64,000 nt of DNA from Nevskiales bacterium. Lineage in GTDB: Bacteria > Pseudomonadota > Gammaproteobacteria > Nevskiales > CAJXLF01. This document shows positions 8,749-17,486 of the stretch, in pieces. The notes under the pieces are model-generated. The model was not told the DNA's origin. It made no database searches and saw only the letters and a program-made list of their open reading frames with translations. The stretch is taken from contig JBFJXR010000002.1 of NCBI GenBank assembly GCA_041622995.1, positions 4,084-68,083 on the forward strand. Direction: 5' to 3'. The stretch's first letter is position 1. Each line of letters starts with the position of its first letter. Position numbers and translations under genes: made by a program.

Positions 8749-9824
8749 TAGCCACCCCGCCGATGTTGTCTGATTAATTGTTTGCATCGACGGTGGAGAT
8801 AATGAACAAATATCCAGATCTTCTGGAATTCCGGATTTGTCGTTTGTTTATGGTGGTAACGGAAATAAAGCTGTTGGCCAATTACCGATAACCGGAAAAG
8901 TCCGTACACTTCATAAAAGGCCCAGTTACCTGGGTGGATTTTCATTTTTTTGCAATAGTAATCTACAACTTCCTCACGGCTTAACATGCCGGGCAGGTGG
9001 GTAGGCTGACGTCTGACGCTACGGGCAAGAAAGTCGTCCTCTGCCTCTACCCAATAGGCCAGGGTGTTGCCCAGTTCCATCAATGGGTCGCCTATAGTAG
9101 CCAGTTCCCAGTCAAGAACACCGATAACACGGGTTGGGTTTTTGGCATCCAGCACCAGGTTGTCGAATCGGAAATCGTTATGGGTGATACATAGGCGCTC
9201 CCTTTCGGGAATGTTTTCCTGTAGCCATTGCATGATCCTTTTTCCATTAGGCACGTTCCATGTACGTGCTTTTTCGTATCGATTACTCCAGCCATCAATT
9301 TGTCTTTGTATATATCCCTTGCCTTTACCCAGATGGCTCAGTCCAACTTTTTCGTAATCCACTTTATGCAGTGCGATCAGGGTATCAAGTGCATTGGTAC
9401 AGAGACGACGGATATCCTGTTCAGGCATTTCCACATCCTGAGGAAGATTCCTTCGCGGGATTATTCCCTGAAGCCGTTCCATAATATAAAAATCTGTGCC
9501 GATGATTGTTGAGTCTTCACAGTAGGCAATCATTTTCGGGACATAGGGAAATGACTTTTTGAGATCCCGCTGAACATTAAATTCCCGGGCCATGTCATGT
9601 GCGCCCTTGGCTTTAGTGCCAGAAGGAGGGCGGCGGAGTATCCAGTCGTGCCCCGGATAGGCGAGACGATATGTCCAGTTGGATGCACCGCCCGGGTACT
9701 GGCTGACTTCAGGAAATCCTGTCACTTCGTCGCCAAGCGTTTTTTTGAGCCAGCCATCGACAGCGGCTATATCAAGTTCTTCGCCCGGTCGTACATCTCC
9801 GGCAACGTCAATAATTTCACTCAT
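8748..9824 (-). CDS. APH/ChoK-fold phosphotransferase (acyl-CoA-dehydrogenase-associated kinase)
   Basis: Catalytic loop ITHNDFRFDNLVL and metal-binding VLDWELATIGDP. It lies directly downstream of an ACAD gene, the arrangement seen in ACAD10/11 fusions and in lvaA/lvaC. Confidence 0.85.
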   Translation of the reverse strand: MSEIIDVAGDVRPGEELDIAAVDGWLKKTLGDEVTGFPEVSQYPGGASNWTYRLAYPGHDWILRRPPSGTKAKGAHDMAREFNVQRDLKKSFPYVPKMIAYCEDSTIIGTDFYIMERLQGIIPRRNLPQDVEMPEQDIRRLCTNALDTLIALHKVDYEKVGLSHLGKGKGYIQRQIDGWSNRYEKARTWNVPNGKRIMQWLQENIPERERLCITHNDFRFDNLVLDAKNPTRVIGVLDWELATIGDPLMELGNTLAYWVEAEDDFLARSVRRQPTHLPGMLSREEVVDYYCKKMKIHPGNWAFYEVYGLFRLSVIGQQLYFRYHHKQTTNPEFQKIWIFVHYLHRRCKQLIRQHRRGG

Positions 9825-9859
9825 GCTCTTAGTCTTATACTAATATTGACTGTAGGTGG

Positions 9860-11101
9860 TTAACGGTTTTCTTCGCGTAGCTTGCTGTATTTAGCCAGTT
9901 CGACACGCGCGACCATGCCTCGATGCACCTCATCCGGGCCGTCTGCAAGCCTCAGAGCCCGGGATAGCGCAAATAGCGCGGCCAGGGGCGTGTCGTGAGA
10001 TACACCACAGCCACCGTGAATCTGGATCGCATCATCAACGACAGACTGCAACATATTGGCGGCAACGACCTTGATAGCTGAAATCTCGGTCAGTGCGCCC
10101 ATTGGTCCCATTTTGTCGATCTTCCAGGCTGCATAAAGAGTGAGTAGCCGTGCCTGATCTATAGCCATACGGTGGTTTGCCAGTCTTTCCTGATTTCCGC
10201 CCAGGTTTATGAGTGGCTTGCCAAAGGCCTTGCGTGTTATGCCACGCTCAACTAACAGCTGTAGAGCTCGTTCGGCAGCTCCTATGGCACGCATGCAATG
10301 ATGAATGCGACCTGGACCTAATCTTCCCTGGGCAATTGCGAAACCCTTGCCTGGGCCGTCTATGATGGCACTGGCCGGCAAGGTTACATTTTCAAACCAG
10401 ACCTCGCCATGACCATGTGGTTCATCATACTCGCCGAAAACGGGCAACATTCGTTTGATGGTAATTCCAGGTGCATCCATGGGTACAAGTACCATGCTGT
10501 GTTGTCCATGCCGGTGTGCCGAGTCGTCTGTCAATGCCATGAAGATGCCGACTTTACAACGTGGGTCACCAACCCCGGATGACCACCACTTTCTACCATT
10601 CAGTACGACCTCATCTCCCTTGAGCAGGGCAGTAGCCTGCATGTTGGTGGCATCCGAGGAGGCCACATCAGGTTCAGTCATGAAAAATACGGAGCGTATC
10701 TCACCATTCAGTAGAGGGGTGAGCCACTGTGCTTTCTGTTCTTCACTTCCATATTTGTAAAGCACTTCCATGTTGCCTGTGTCAGGTGCGCTGCAATTGA
10801 AAATTTCCGATGCAAAAAAGCTCTTGCCCATTTCTTCTGCAAGCGGAGCATAGTCAATATTAGACAGGCCGCCGCCAAGCTCGGGATCAGGTAGAAAAAG
10901 GTTCCATAAGCCTTCGGATCTGGCCTTGGTCTTGAGTTCGTCTATACCGGGTAGAACCTGCCATTGCGTCCAATCAGCACCATTCCGGCTGTTCCTGAGT
11001 TCCTCCAGCCTTTCAGTTTCCCATGGAGAAATTTCAGTTTTCATAAATGCCTGAATGCGTTTCAGGTAGTCCTGCGTTTCTGTGCTGTGGCTGAAGTCCA
11101 T
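9860..11101 (-). CDS. Acyl-CoA dehydrogenase family protein, ACAD10/ACAD11-type (Asp in place of the catalytic Glu)
   Basis: 413 aa with the full ACAD fold (three domains). The C-terminal motif is RLADGPDEVHR where classical ACADs have YEGT. Confidence 0.88.
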   Translation of the reverse strand: MDFSHSTETQDYLKRIQAFMKTEISPWETERLEELRNSRNGADWTQWQVLPGIDELKTKARSEGLWNLFLPDPELGGGLSNIDYAPLAEEMGKSFFASEIFNCSAPDTGNMEVLYKYGSEEQKAQWLTPLLNGEIRSVFFMTEPDVASSDATNMQATALLKGDEVVLNGRKWWSSGVGDPRCKVGIFMALTDDSAHRHGQHSMVLVPMDAPGITIKRMLPVFGEYDEPHGHGEVWFENVTLPASAIIDGPGKGFAIAQGRLGPGRIHHCMRAIGAAERALQLLVERGITRKAFGKPLINLGGNQERLANHRMAIDQARLLTLYAAWKIDKMGPMGALTEISAIKVVAANMLQSVVDDAIQIHGGCGVSHDTPLAALFALSRALRLADGPDEVHRGMVARVELAKYSKLREENR

Positions 11102-11215
11102 TAATATTCTCCGTATCAGATGTGCACATCATAATATTCAAATAGTTTGTATGTGCGGAAAGTAGTTGCTTACTCTTATACTGCATAATTTAAGCGGCAA
11201 CAGGAACAGTGCCGG

Positions 11216-12994
11216 ATGAACGCAATGCACAGGATGCTCGGGATGCAATTTCTAATAAAAGTCTGGGTTGTCAATTTGATTCTGTTCATGGTACCGGCTT
11301 GCCAGCAATCAGAAGAATCTGCTCAGCTTATTGATTCACAGATTAAATCAACATCGCTTGATATTCAGGTGCCTGTACAAAAAAGAAATGAATTCCCCAA
11401 CAAAATTGTAAAGCTTGTATTGCCATTATCAGGCAACCAGAATAAGGATAATCTGCGCATTCCATATTCAGAAGGATTGATTCCACAGATTGGTGACCGG
11501 GTTCACCTGGAGAATCAGGTTGATGGTGACTGGCAAATTGTCAGTCATGCCCGAATTTTTCAGATTAATGATGAAGAGCTTTTATTAAAGCGAACTTCCG
11601 GTGAATCATCAGCTGCTGCACGTGCCACGATTCTGGCTAACCCGGTTCATCGTTGTGATGTAAAAGCCGCTTCTCCACTGGATAACAGAGCTGTTATGCC
11701 GGGCGTGGAGTTTTTCAGTATTAATATTGGCGCCATTGAGTTTTGTGGGCATGCGGTTGGTCGGTATTCTTCAACTGCGCGTTTTCATTTTCAACTGGGC
11801 CGAGCACTGGACGCACATCATCAGGAGGTACAAGCGGTTGCCCGCTATCGTAGCGCTTTGGCTCTGGATTCGGAATATGCAGCAGCAATGCTTGCTCTTG
11901 GGGGTAAGTATCTGAATGGTGATGGCGTAGACCGGAATTTACCCGTGGCACTATCCATGCTTGAGCAGGCGCATAAATTGGGGCTGGCAAGGGCTACCTA
12001 TCTACTTGGGGAAATTCACGAGCAGGATTTGCCGGATTTTCCTGCCAAAAGTGATGTCGCAGCAGGCTATTACCTTGCTGCGGCACTGGCTGAAGACCTG
12101 CCTGCACAAATCAGGGTCGCTGATATGTATGAACACGGGCAGTTACTCGAAATAAATCTTGTTGAGGCAATGAACTGGCGTGAGAAAGCAGCACAACAGG
12201 GACATCTGGAGTCACAGTTGAAGCTGGCAAAGGCCTATGCAGAAGGCGTAGGCAGAGAGCAGAACTGGTCGCAGTCGTTTACCTGGTGGGAGAAGGCGGC
12301 ACATCAGGGACTACCAGAGGCGCAGCTGGAAGTGGCAAATATTTATGAGCAGGGGTATGTATCCGGGCGTCCCGAATTAAATAAGGCGATGTACTGGTAT
12401 CGTCAGGCTGCGGAACAGAAATATGCTCTCGGACAATATCATCTTGGTCGAATGTATGCCGAGGGTATCGGCGTAGAGAAAAATATGGCCATTGCTCGTG
12501 AATGGTTATTGTTGGCCCGAGCCCAGGGAGTTTTAGAAGCAAGCCGTTGGTTGGCACCAGAAATGGGAGTGCTTCCGTTGGCGACGGTTTCAGATTCTCC
12601 TGATGTCATAAAATCCGAGACGTTAATTATTAAGCGGGAAAATTTACGTGATGTTAAACGCTGGCGGTTGGAAACCCAGGGGTATATGGATGCGGAGTGT
12701 CGAGAGGAGCTCCTCGAAGAGCTTGAGGATTTTGGCATTGTAATTGTTGGACCTGGCGAAGAGGCGGCCATTACCCTCATTGTCACTATGAATACTCCGG
12801 AATTTTATACCACTCTGGTAGGACCTTTCAGGTTTACTGGTTTTAATATTCAGTATCGGGCTGAGGCCATTAGAAAGCGTGACAATATTCGGCTTTTCTA
12901 CACCAGTGGTGAGGAAGCAGCGGATGATCGTAGTGAATCCTGTGTTGATGCTGTAGATGAAATCGGTGACGAGCTAGACGATGCGATTGATTAA
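11216..12994 (+). CDS. Sel1-repeat (TPR-like) lipoprotein with unassigned N- and C-terminal domains
   Basis: Lipobox LFMVPAC. The central ~270 aa hold at least 7 Sel1 units (e.g. AQ..LA..Y..G.GV..N...A..W..KAA.QG). The flanking ~200 aa (N) and ~140 aa (C, acidic tail) have no motif I recognise. Confidence 0.8.
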   Translation: MNAMHRMLGMQFLIKVWVVNLILFMVPACQQSEESAQLIDSQIKSTSLDIQVPVQKRNEFPNKIVKLVLPLSGNQNKDNLRIPYSEGLIPQIGDRVHLENQVDGDWQIVSHARIFQINDEELLLKRTSGESSAAARATILANPVHRCDVKAASPLDNRAVMPGVEFFSINIGAIEFCGHAVGRYSSTARFHFQLGRALDAHHQEVQAVARYRSALALDSEYAAAMLALGGKYLNGDGVDRNLPVALSMLEQAHKLGLARATYLLGEIHEQDLPDFPAKSDVAAGYYLAAALAEDLPAQIRVADMYEHGQLLEINLVEAMNWREKAAQQGHLESQLKLAKAYAEGVGREQNWSQSFTWWEKAAHQGLPEAQLEVANIYEQGYVSGRPELNKAMYWYRQAAEQKYALGQYHLGRMYAEGIGVEKNMAIAREWLLLARAQGVLEASRWLAPEMGVLPLATVSDSPDVIKSETLIIKRENLRDVKRWRLETQGYMDAECREELLEELEDFGIVIVGPGEEAAITLIVTMNTPEFYTTLVGPFRFTGFNIQYRAEAIRKRDNIRLFYTSGEEAADDRSESCVDAVDEIGDELDDAID

Positions 12995-13084
12995 ATGAAG
13001 CTGGAAGTATCCTTCGGCGTAGAAAACAGGATTTCATAGTCATCATCAAAAAGAGAGTGGTGACTTGTTACAACTTCTACTCAT

Positions 13085-14113
13085 TTAAGGCCAATCGCTG
13101 ATGGCAATGCCAACACTGAATCTCTGGTTGTCATGGTTGTAGTCAATCATGCTCTCACCATAGCCTCTGAAGTATTCCATATAGCCACGTAATGAATCAC
13201 TCAGCGGAAATGAATAGCCTAGTTGTAACGCGCCAAAATTTTCCTCAGTGCGTAGATTGTTGCGTAGCATCAGGCTGAAAGTGCGATGTGCATTTACCCT
13301 GCTGACTTCAAGTTCAAAATGCCCCATGAATTTCTCGATATCAGGATTGTCATCTCCGCGAGGGTCATTGGGGAATTCCTTGGGCCGGTCTTCAATGCGA
13401 TTCCAGAGCTTCAGCCCGAGATAATAGTTTTCGTATTGCAGCAGGGTAGAGAGATAGAGCCTGTTCCAGCTGCGTGAAAGGTCATCGCTGCGTCCATTTG
13501 ACTGATGCGAAAAGCCTAAAGAATACTGGGCATGATCCATCCAGATGGGAATCCAGGGGTCTGTCCAGGTGAAGAATAGTTCCGGTTCATGATTGGTTTC
13601 GCGGAATGGGCGGGAAGTCGACCCATTAAAGGCCTGCCAGTAAGACTGGTTGGTATAGGCAAAGTGCAGATCAATCGCCTTACTCATGATTTGTTTCATC
13701 AAGGGCACCTTGTAGCTGAACTGAAATTTCACTTCAGCCTGATCCAGTTCCCGATCGGCGATACCGAACGGCGCACCATTCGGGCGGCGATTGTATGTAA
13801 TCGGCATCATGTAATTACGTTTATGGGGACTGATGCCGTAGGGGTTCTCTGCCGCCATGAATTCCAGTTTACGTTTGTCGTCGACCGCGATGGCTTTGGA
13901 TGCCTGCTTGCTACCCTCTGATTCGGGATTTTCGAGATTCTGCTCGAGTGGATAGCTGTCCGGGTTTTGCTGGCATTGCAGACGTATCTCGCCCAGAGTT
14001 GTCTGGTTGGACGCAACCGTGAGTGCTCTGCGTATGCAGTCATCAGAGTCACTGGCAAGCACATTGCAGGTAGCTAGTGAGAGTATAAATGCGAATAACG
14101 GCCTGTAAAACAT
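13085..14113 (-). CDS. pldA: Outer-membrane phospholipase A (OMPLA)
   Basis: Signal peptide MFYRPLFAFILSLATCNVLA from ATG 14113. Catalytic block GFSHQSNGRSDDLSRSWNRLY carries the HxSNG His/Ser motif. The protein has beta-barrel character. The track ORF start at 14200 would overlap the upstream gene. Confidence 0.85.
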   Translation of the reverse strand: MFYRPLFAFILSLATCNVLASDSDDCIRRALTVASNQTTLGEIRLQCQQNPDSYPLEQNLENPESEGSKQASKAIAVDDKRKLEFMAAENPYGISPHKRNYMMPITYNRRPNGAPFGIADRELDQAEVKFQFSYKVPLMKQIMSKAIDLHFAYTNQSYWQAFNGSTSRPFRETNHEPELFFTWTDPWIPIWMDHAQYSLGFSHQSNGRSDDLSRSWNRLYLSTLLQYENYYLGLKLWNRIEDRPKEFPNDPRGDDNPDIEKFMGHFELEVSRVNAHRTFSLMLRNNLRTEENFGALQLGYSFPLSDSLRGYMEYFRGYGESMIDYNHDNQRFSVGIAISDWP

Positions 14114-14126
14114 GTATCGGGTCCTG

Positions 14127-15140
14127 TTATACCTTTGCTTCTTTCCAGCGTTGAATGCGAATTTCTGATTTAACGACTTCCAGCAAATCTGCAATGGCAT
14201 CAGTGACTACCCCGGTTGGTTGATCGTCATCCTTGCCTGCACTTTCGAGCAGCGCGTCAGCCACTTCGGAAACGATGCGTTTGAATTGCGGGTGGTCAAG
14301 GCTGTCCACGGCATTTTCTATACTCTTGCAGACAATATCGGTCACGGTATGGTCAAGTAATTTACCTATACCCGTGCCAAACATGGGTAATTTCTCAATC
14401 AGCCCGATTTCCGTATTTTCGTGCATGGCCTGGCCTACGATCTGCTTGATATAGGTTTCAAGGTCAGATTTGGTATCGGCGTAAATATCTTTTGTTGTGA
14501 CCGCCAGCTTTTCCGAGAGACTGTCTATCAACATATCCTTGCGTGGCATGACAACCTGTGCAATGACCTTGCGCTCCAGGTCGTCGCCTTCATAGAGCTC
14601 TTTCTGCACACCTTCCAGTATCTTGACGGCAATACGGTCAGAGAGCTCTTCAAGGGCAATGTTGTACCAGCCCTGGAAGAGCTGATAAAGGCTCCATTGT
14701 GTGTAATCAATGACGCCCATTTTTTGCAGACGAACCAGTACGGCAAATAATCGCAGTATGCGTAGGGCGCGTAATGAACCTACCGGTATACAGCCGAGTA
14801 CGTCATACCAGTGAATAAAGGGATAGGCCATCCAGTGGCTATAGGTTTTATGTCGAATCGCATAGGCCCAGCTAGCCAGCAGTTCGGTTAGAAATATTGC
14901 AACGAAACCCAGATCATAGAAAATGAACCACTGATGGATGGTTTCGTCGTACCAGCTGACAAAGGCAGGGCCAATTGACAGGCTGAGCAGGGACTGCACG
15001 CCTTCAAACTCGAACAGGCTATCGAATACCAGCCAGATCAGATTGATGATCACCAGAGCAACCATGCTCAGATCAATAATAAGACCGAGGCGCTGCATGC
15101 GATCAGACCAGGATTGTGAAGTTGCTGTCGTTGAATTCAT
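14127..15140 (-). CDS. Ion_trans-like voltage-sensor domain (S1-S4) protein without a pore domain, plus a ~195-aa soluble C-terminal domain
   Basis: There are four TM helices. S1 is LGLIIDLSMVALVIINLIWLVF, S2 is FIFYDLGFVAIFLTELLASWAYAI and S3 is FIHWYDVLGCIPVG. S4 is SLRALRILRLFAVLVRLQK, with Arg at every third position. No further hydrophobic segment and no P-loop follow S4. Confidence 0.75.
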   Translation of the reverse strand: MNSTTATSQSWSDRMQRLGLIIDLSMVALVIINLIWLVFDSLFEFEGVQSLLSLSIGPAFVSWYDETIHQWFIFYDLGFVAIFLTELLASWAYAIRHKTYSHWMAYPFIHWYDVLGCIPVGSLRALRILRLFAVLVRLQKMGVIDYTQWSLYQLFQGWYNIALEELSDRIAVKILEGVQKELYEGDDLERKVIAQVVMPRKDMLIDSLSEKLAVTTKDIYADTKSDLETYIKQIVGQAMHENTEIGLIEKLPMFGTGIGKLLDHTVTDIVCKSIENAVDSLDHPQFKRIVSEVADALLESAGKDDDQPTGVVTDAIADLLEVVKSEIRIQRWKEAKV

Positions 15141-15253
15141 AGTGCTAGCTTAACATTGACCGTTCTATAACTAATCACTTGTTCCGCGCCTGATCTGCTC
15201 TCAGCTCTGTTAAAATGCGCCGCCTATCCGCTACGCCGCATGAGTAACGACAG

Positions 15254-16660
15254 ATGTCAGTGACAACCCGTTTTGCCCCCAGTCCAACCGGTTTTCTTCA
15301 TATAGGCGGAGCCCGCACTGCGCTGTTCTCCTGGCTGTACGCGCGTCGCCATGGCGGAAAATTTGTTCTGCGAATTGAAGACACGGATCGTGAGCGCTCC
15401 ACGCCGGAATCCATTCAGGCAATTCTTGATGGCATGCAATGGCTTGAGCTTGAGCATGACGAAGGTCCGATCTATCAGACGGATCGTTTCGATCGTTATA
15501 AAGAAGTCATCGATAGCATGATGGCTAATGATCAGGCCTATCACTGCTACTGCAGCCGTGACGAACTGGACGCCATGCGTGAAGAGCAGAAGGCACAGAA
15601 GCTCAAACCACGTTACGACGGTCGTTGCCGGCATCGTACCGAGCCGGTGCAGGGCGTTAATCCCGTAGTGCGATTCAAGAACCCTACTGATGGCAATGTG
15701 GTTTTTGATGATCTGATACGCGGCAGTATTACTGTCAGTAATGACGAACTCGATGATCTGATCATTGCCCGTTCTGACGGCACACCGACTTATAACTTCG
15801 TGGTTGTTGTCGATGATATGGACATGGGTATGACGCATATCATTCGCGGTGATGACCATATCAACAACACACCGCGCCAGATCAACATATTCAAGGTGCT
15901 GGGTGCCGAGCCGCCAAAATATGCACATGTGCCAATGATTCTAGGGGTCGATGGCAAACGACTGTCCAAGCGTCACGGTGCGGTGAGCGTAATGCAGTAT
16001 CGCGATGAAGGTTACTTGCCGCACGCCTTGCTGAATTACCTGGTGCGACTTGGCTGGTCACATGGTGATCAGGAAATATTCAGCCGTGAGGAATTGATAG
16101 AAAAATTTGATCTGGCTGCGGTTCAGAAGTCCGCGGCCAGCTTTGATCCTGAAAAGCTGTTGTGGATCAATCAACAGTACCTCATGGAGTTGCCTGCGGC
16201 GGAAATTGTTGAACATATGCAATGGCATTGTGAGCGCATGGGGCTGGATGTTTCGCAGGGTCCCGATCTGATCGATTTGATTCCGGAACAGGTGGGTCGT
16301 TGCAAAACACTGGTCGAGATGGTCGAGCGCAGCCGCTATTTCTATGAGGAACCTGCTCAATACGACGAAAAAGCGGCTCGTAAAAACCTCACGGCTGATG
16401 CGGTCGCTGCGCTTGAAGCCATGAAAGCAAAATTTTCTGAGCTGGTTGATTGGTCCGCCGAACCGATTCACGACATCGTAAAGCAAGTGTCTGAAACGCT
16501 GGAACTCAAGATGGGGAAGGTTGCCCAGCCTTTACGCGTAGCGGTTACCGGTAACACCGTATCACCGTCAATCGATGTGACTCTGGTTTTGCTCGGCCGT
16601 GAAAAGACAATAGCCCGTATTGAACGGGCTATTGCGTATATTGCTGACTTAGCTAACTGA
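15254..16660 (+). CDS. gltX: Glutamyl-tRNA synthetase
   Basis: Class I motifs [10 protein letters not shown] (HIGH) and RLSKRHG (KMSKS). Full-length 468 aa. Confidence 0.97.
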   Translation: MSVTTRFAPSPTGFLHIGGARTALFSWLYARRHGGKFVLRIEDTDRERSTPESIQAILDGMQWLELEHDEGPIYQTDRFDRYKEVIDSMMANDQAYHCYCSRDELDAMREEQKAQKLKPRYDGRCRHRTEPVQGVNPVVRFKNPTDGNVVFDDLIRGSITVSNDELDDLIIARSDGTPTYNFVVVVDDMDMGMTHIIRGDDHINNTPRQINIFKVLGAEPPKYAHVPMILGVDGKRLSKRHGAVSVMQYRDEGYLPHALLNYLVRLGWSHGDQEIFSREELIEKFDLAAVQKSAASFDPEKLLWINQQYLMELPAAEIVEHMQWHCERMGLDVSQGPDLIDLIPEQVGRCKTLVEMVERSRYFYEEPAQYDEKAARKNLTADAVAALEAMKAKFSELVDWSAEPIHDIVKQVSETLELKMGKVAQPLRVAVTGNTVSPSIDVTLVLLGREKTIARIERAIAYIADLAN

Positions 16661-17366
16661 CTGGCGGCCCCGGTGGGGGCGGCGGAGAGCTACTGGTGAT
16701 TGGCGTAACTGCCGGTGGTTCGTTGGAATCGCTCGCAGCGGGCACCACGTCCTCATCCTTTTTACCCCCTAGCAGGCGGCGCAGAGCGCCAAATACTTTC
16801 TTGATACCCAGCCAGATTTTGGGCAAAAGCCAGATCATAAGGGCGATAAAGACAATCAGACCAATCAGGAAAAGGACCGGGTGATTGAGCGCAGTCCATA
16901 GACCACCGATGACGATGAGGTCTTCCGTAATTGAGGCGGTCCAATTGGATACGGGTTCGGGGGAGGTGTTGATCAGAACCCGGGAGCCTGCCTTGGTAAC
17001 ATGGCTGCCGGCAGCCATGCCGCCACCTACGATCGCTGCTGCCAGTTCTACGCCCGGTCCCAGTTCGCCAACCGCACCGGCTGCCAGCATGGCGCCTGCA
17101 GGGATGCGAATGAAGGTATGTATTCCATCCCAGCCGGTATCCAGCCCGGGCACCTTGTCAGCAAAAAATTCGACACAGTACATAAAGGCTGCAGCAGTCA
17201 TTACCAGCGGGTTTTGTAGTATTTGTAATTCTTCCGGCAACACGATATTGCCGGTAATACCCATATAGCCAAGCATGGCCATGGTCGCATACAGGTTGAT
17301 GCCACTGGCCCAGGCCGCACCCATGGTAAGCGCGAGCAAGGCACTGATTTCGTTGAACTGTTCCAT
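16653..17366 (-). CDS. DUF4126-like polytopic membrane protein with a Pro-rich C-terminal tail
   Basis: Gly/Ala-rich TM helices and a tail ...[13 protein letters not shown]. The 3' end overlaps the gltX 3' end by 8 nt (convergent). Confidence 0.6.
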   Translation of the reverse strand: MEQFNEISALLALTMGAAWASGINLYATMAMLGYMGITGNIVLPEELQILQNPLVMTAAAFMYCVEFFADKVPGLDTGWDGIHTFIRIPAGAMLAAGAVGELGPGVELAAAIVGGGMAAGSHVTKAGSRVLINTSPEPVSNWTASITEDLIVIGGLWTALNHPVLFLIGLIVFIALMIWLLPKIWLGIKKVFGALRRLLGGKKDEDVVPAASDSNEPPAVTPITSSSPPPPPGPPVS

Positions 17367-17486
17367 AGTTGTCCCTTTCGGTTACAAGGATAGGACAGCG
17401 GCAAGACCCTGCCGGTTCATCCTGAATATTCAGATCAATATTGTCAGACTCTAGCTTAACAGCAGATGAACGACTAACTTAGCCCT

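Noticed and set aside
11119-11130. 12-bp palindrome GATGTGCACATC flanked by two TAATATTC direct repeats, just upstream of the ACAD10/11-like operon.
   Set aside because: About 16 perfect 12-bp palindromes are expected per 64 kb by chance, and 8-mers recur easily in AT-rich promoters. It is not distinguishable from background without comparative data. It is worth a glance only if the operon's regulator is sought.
14114-14200. Upstream-extended starts offered by the ORF track: pldA to 14200, reductase to 20467, TetR to 21351, ACBP from 21373, tatD to 26391, SH3 gene from 26302, ilvA from 35320, atuD from 55220, phosphatase to 8787.
   Set aside because: The extensions overlap the neighbouring gene or a promoter/operator. 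They add residues before a clear signal peptide or a conserved N-terminus, and they lack an RBS. Internal starts with better context were chosen, but they remain predictions.
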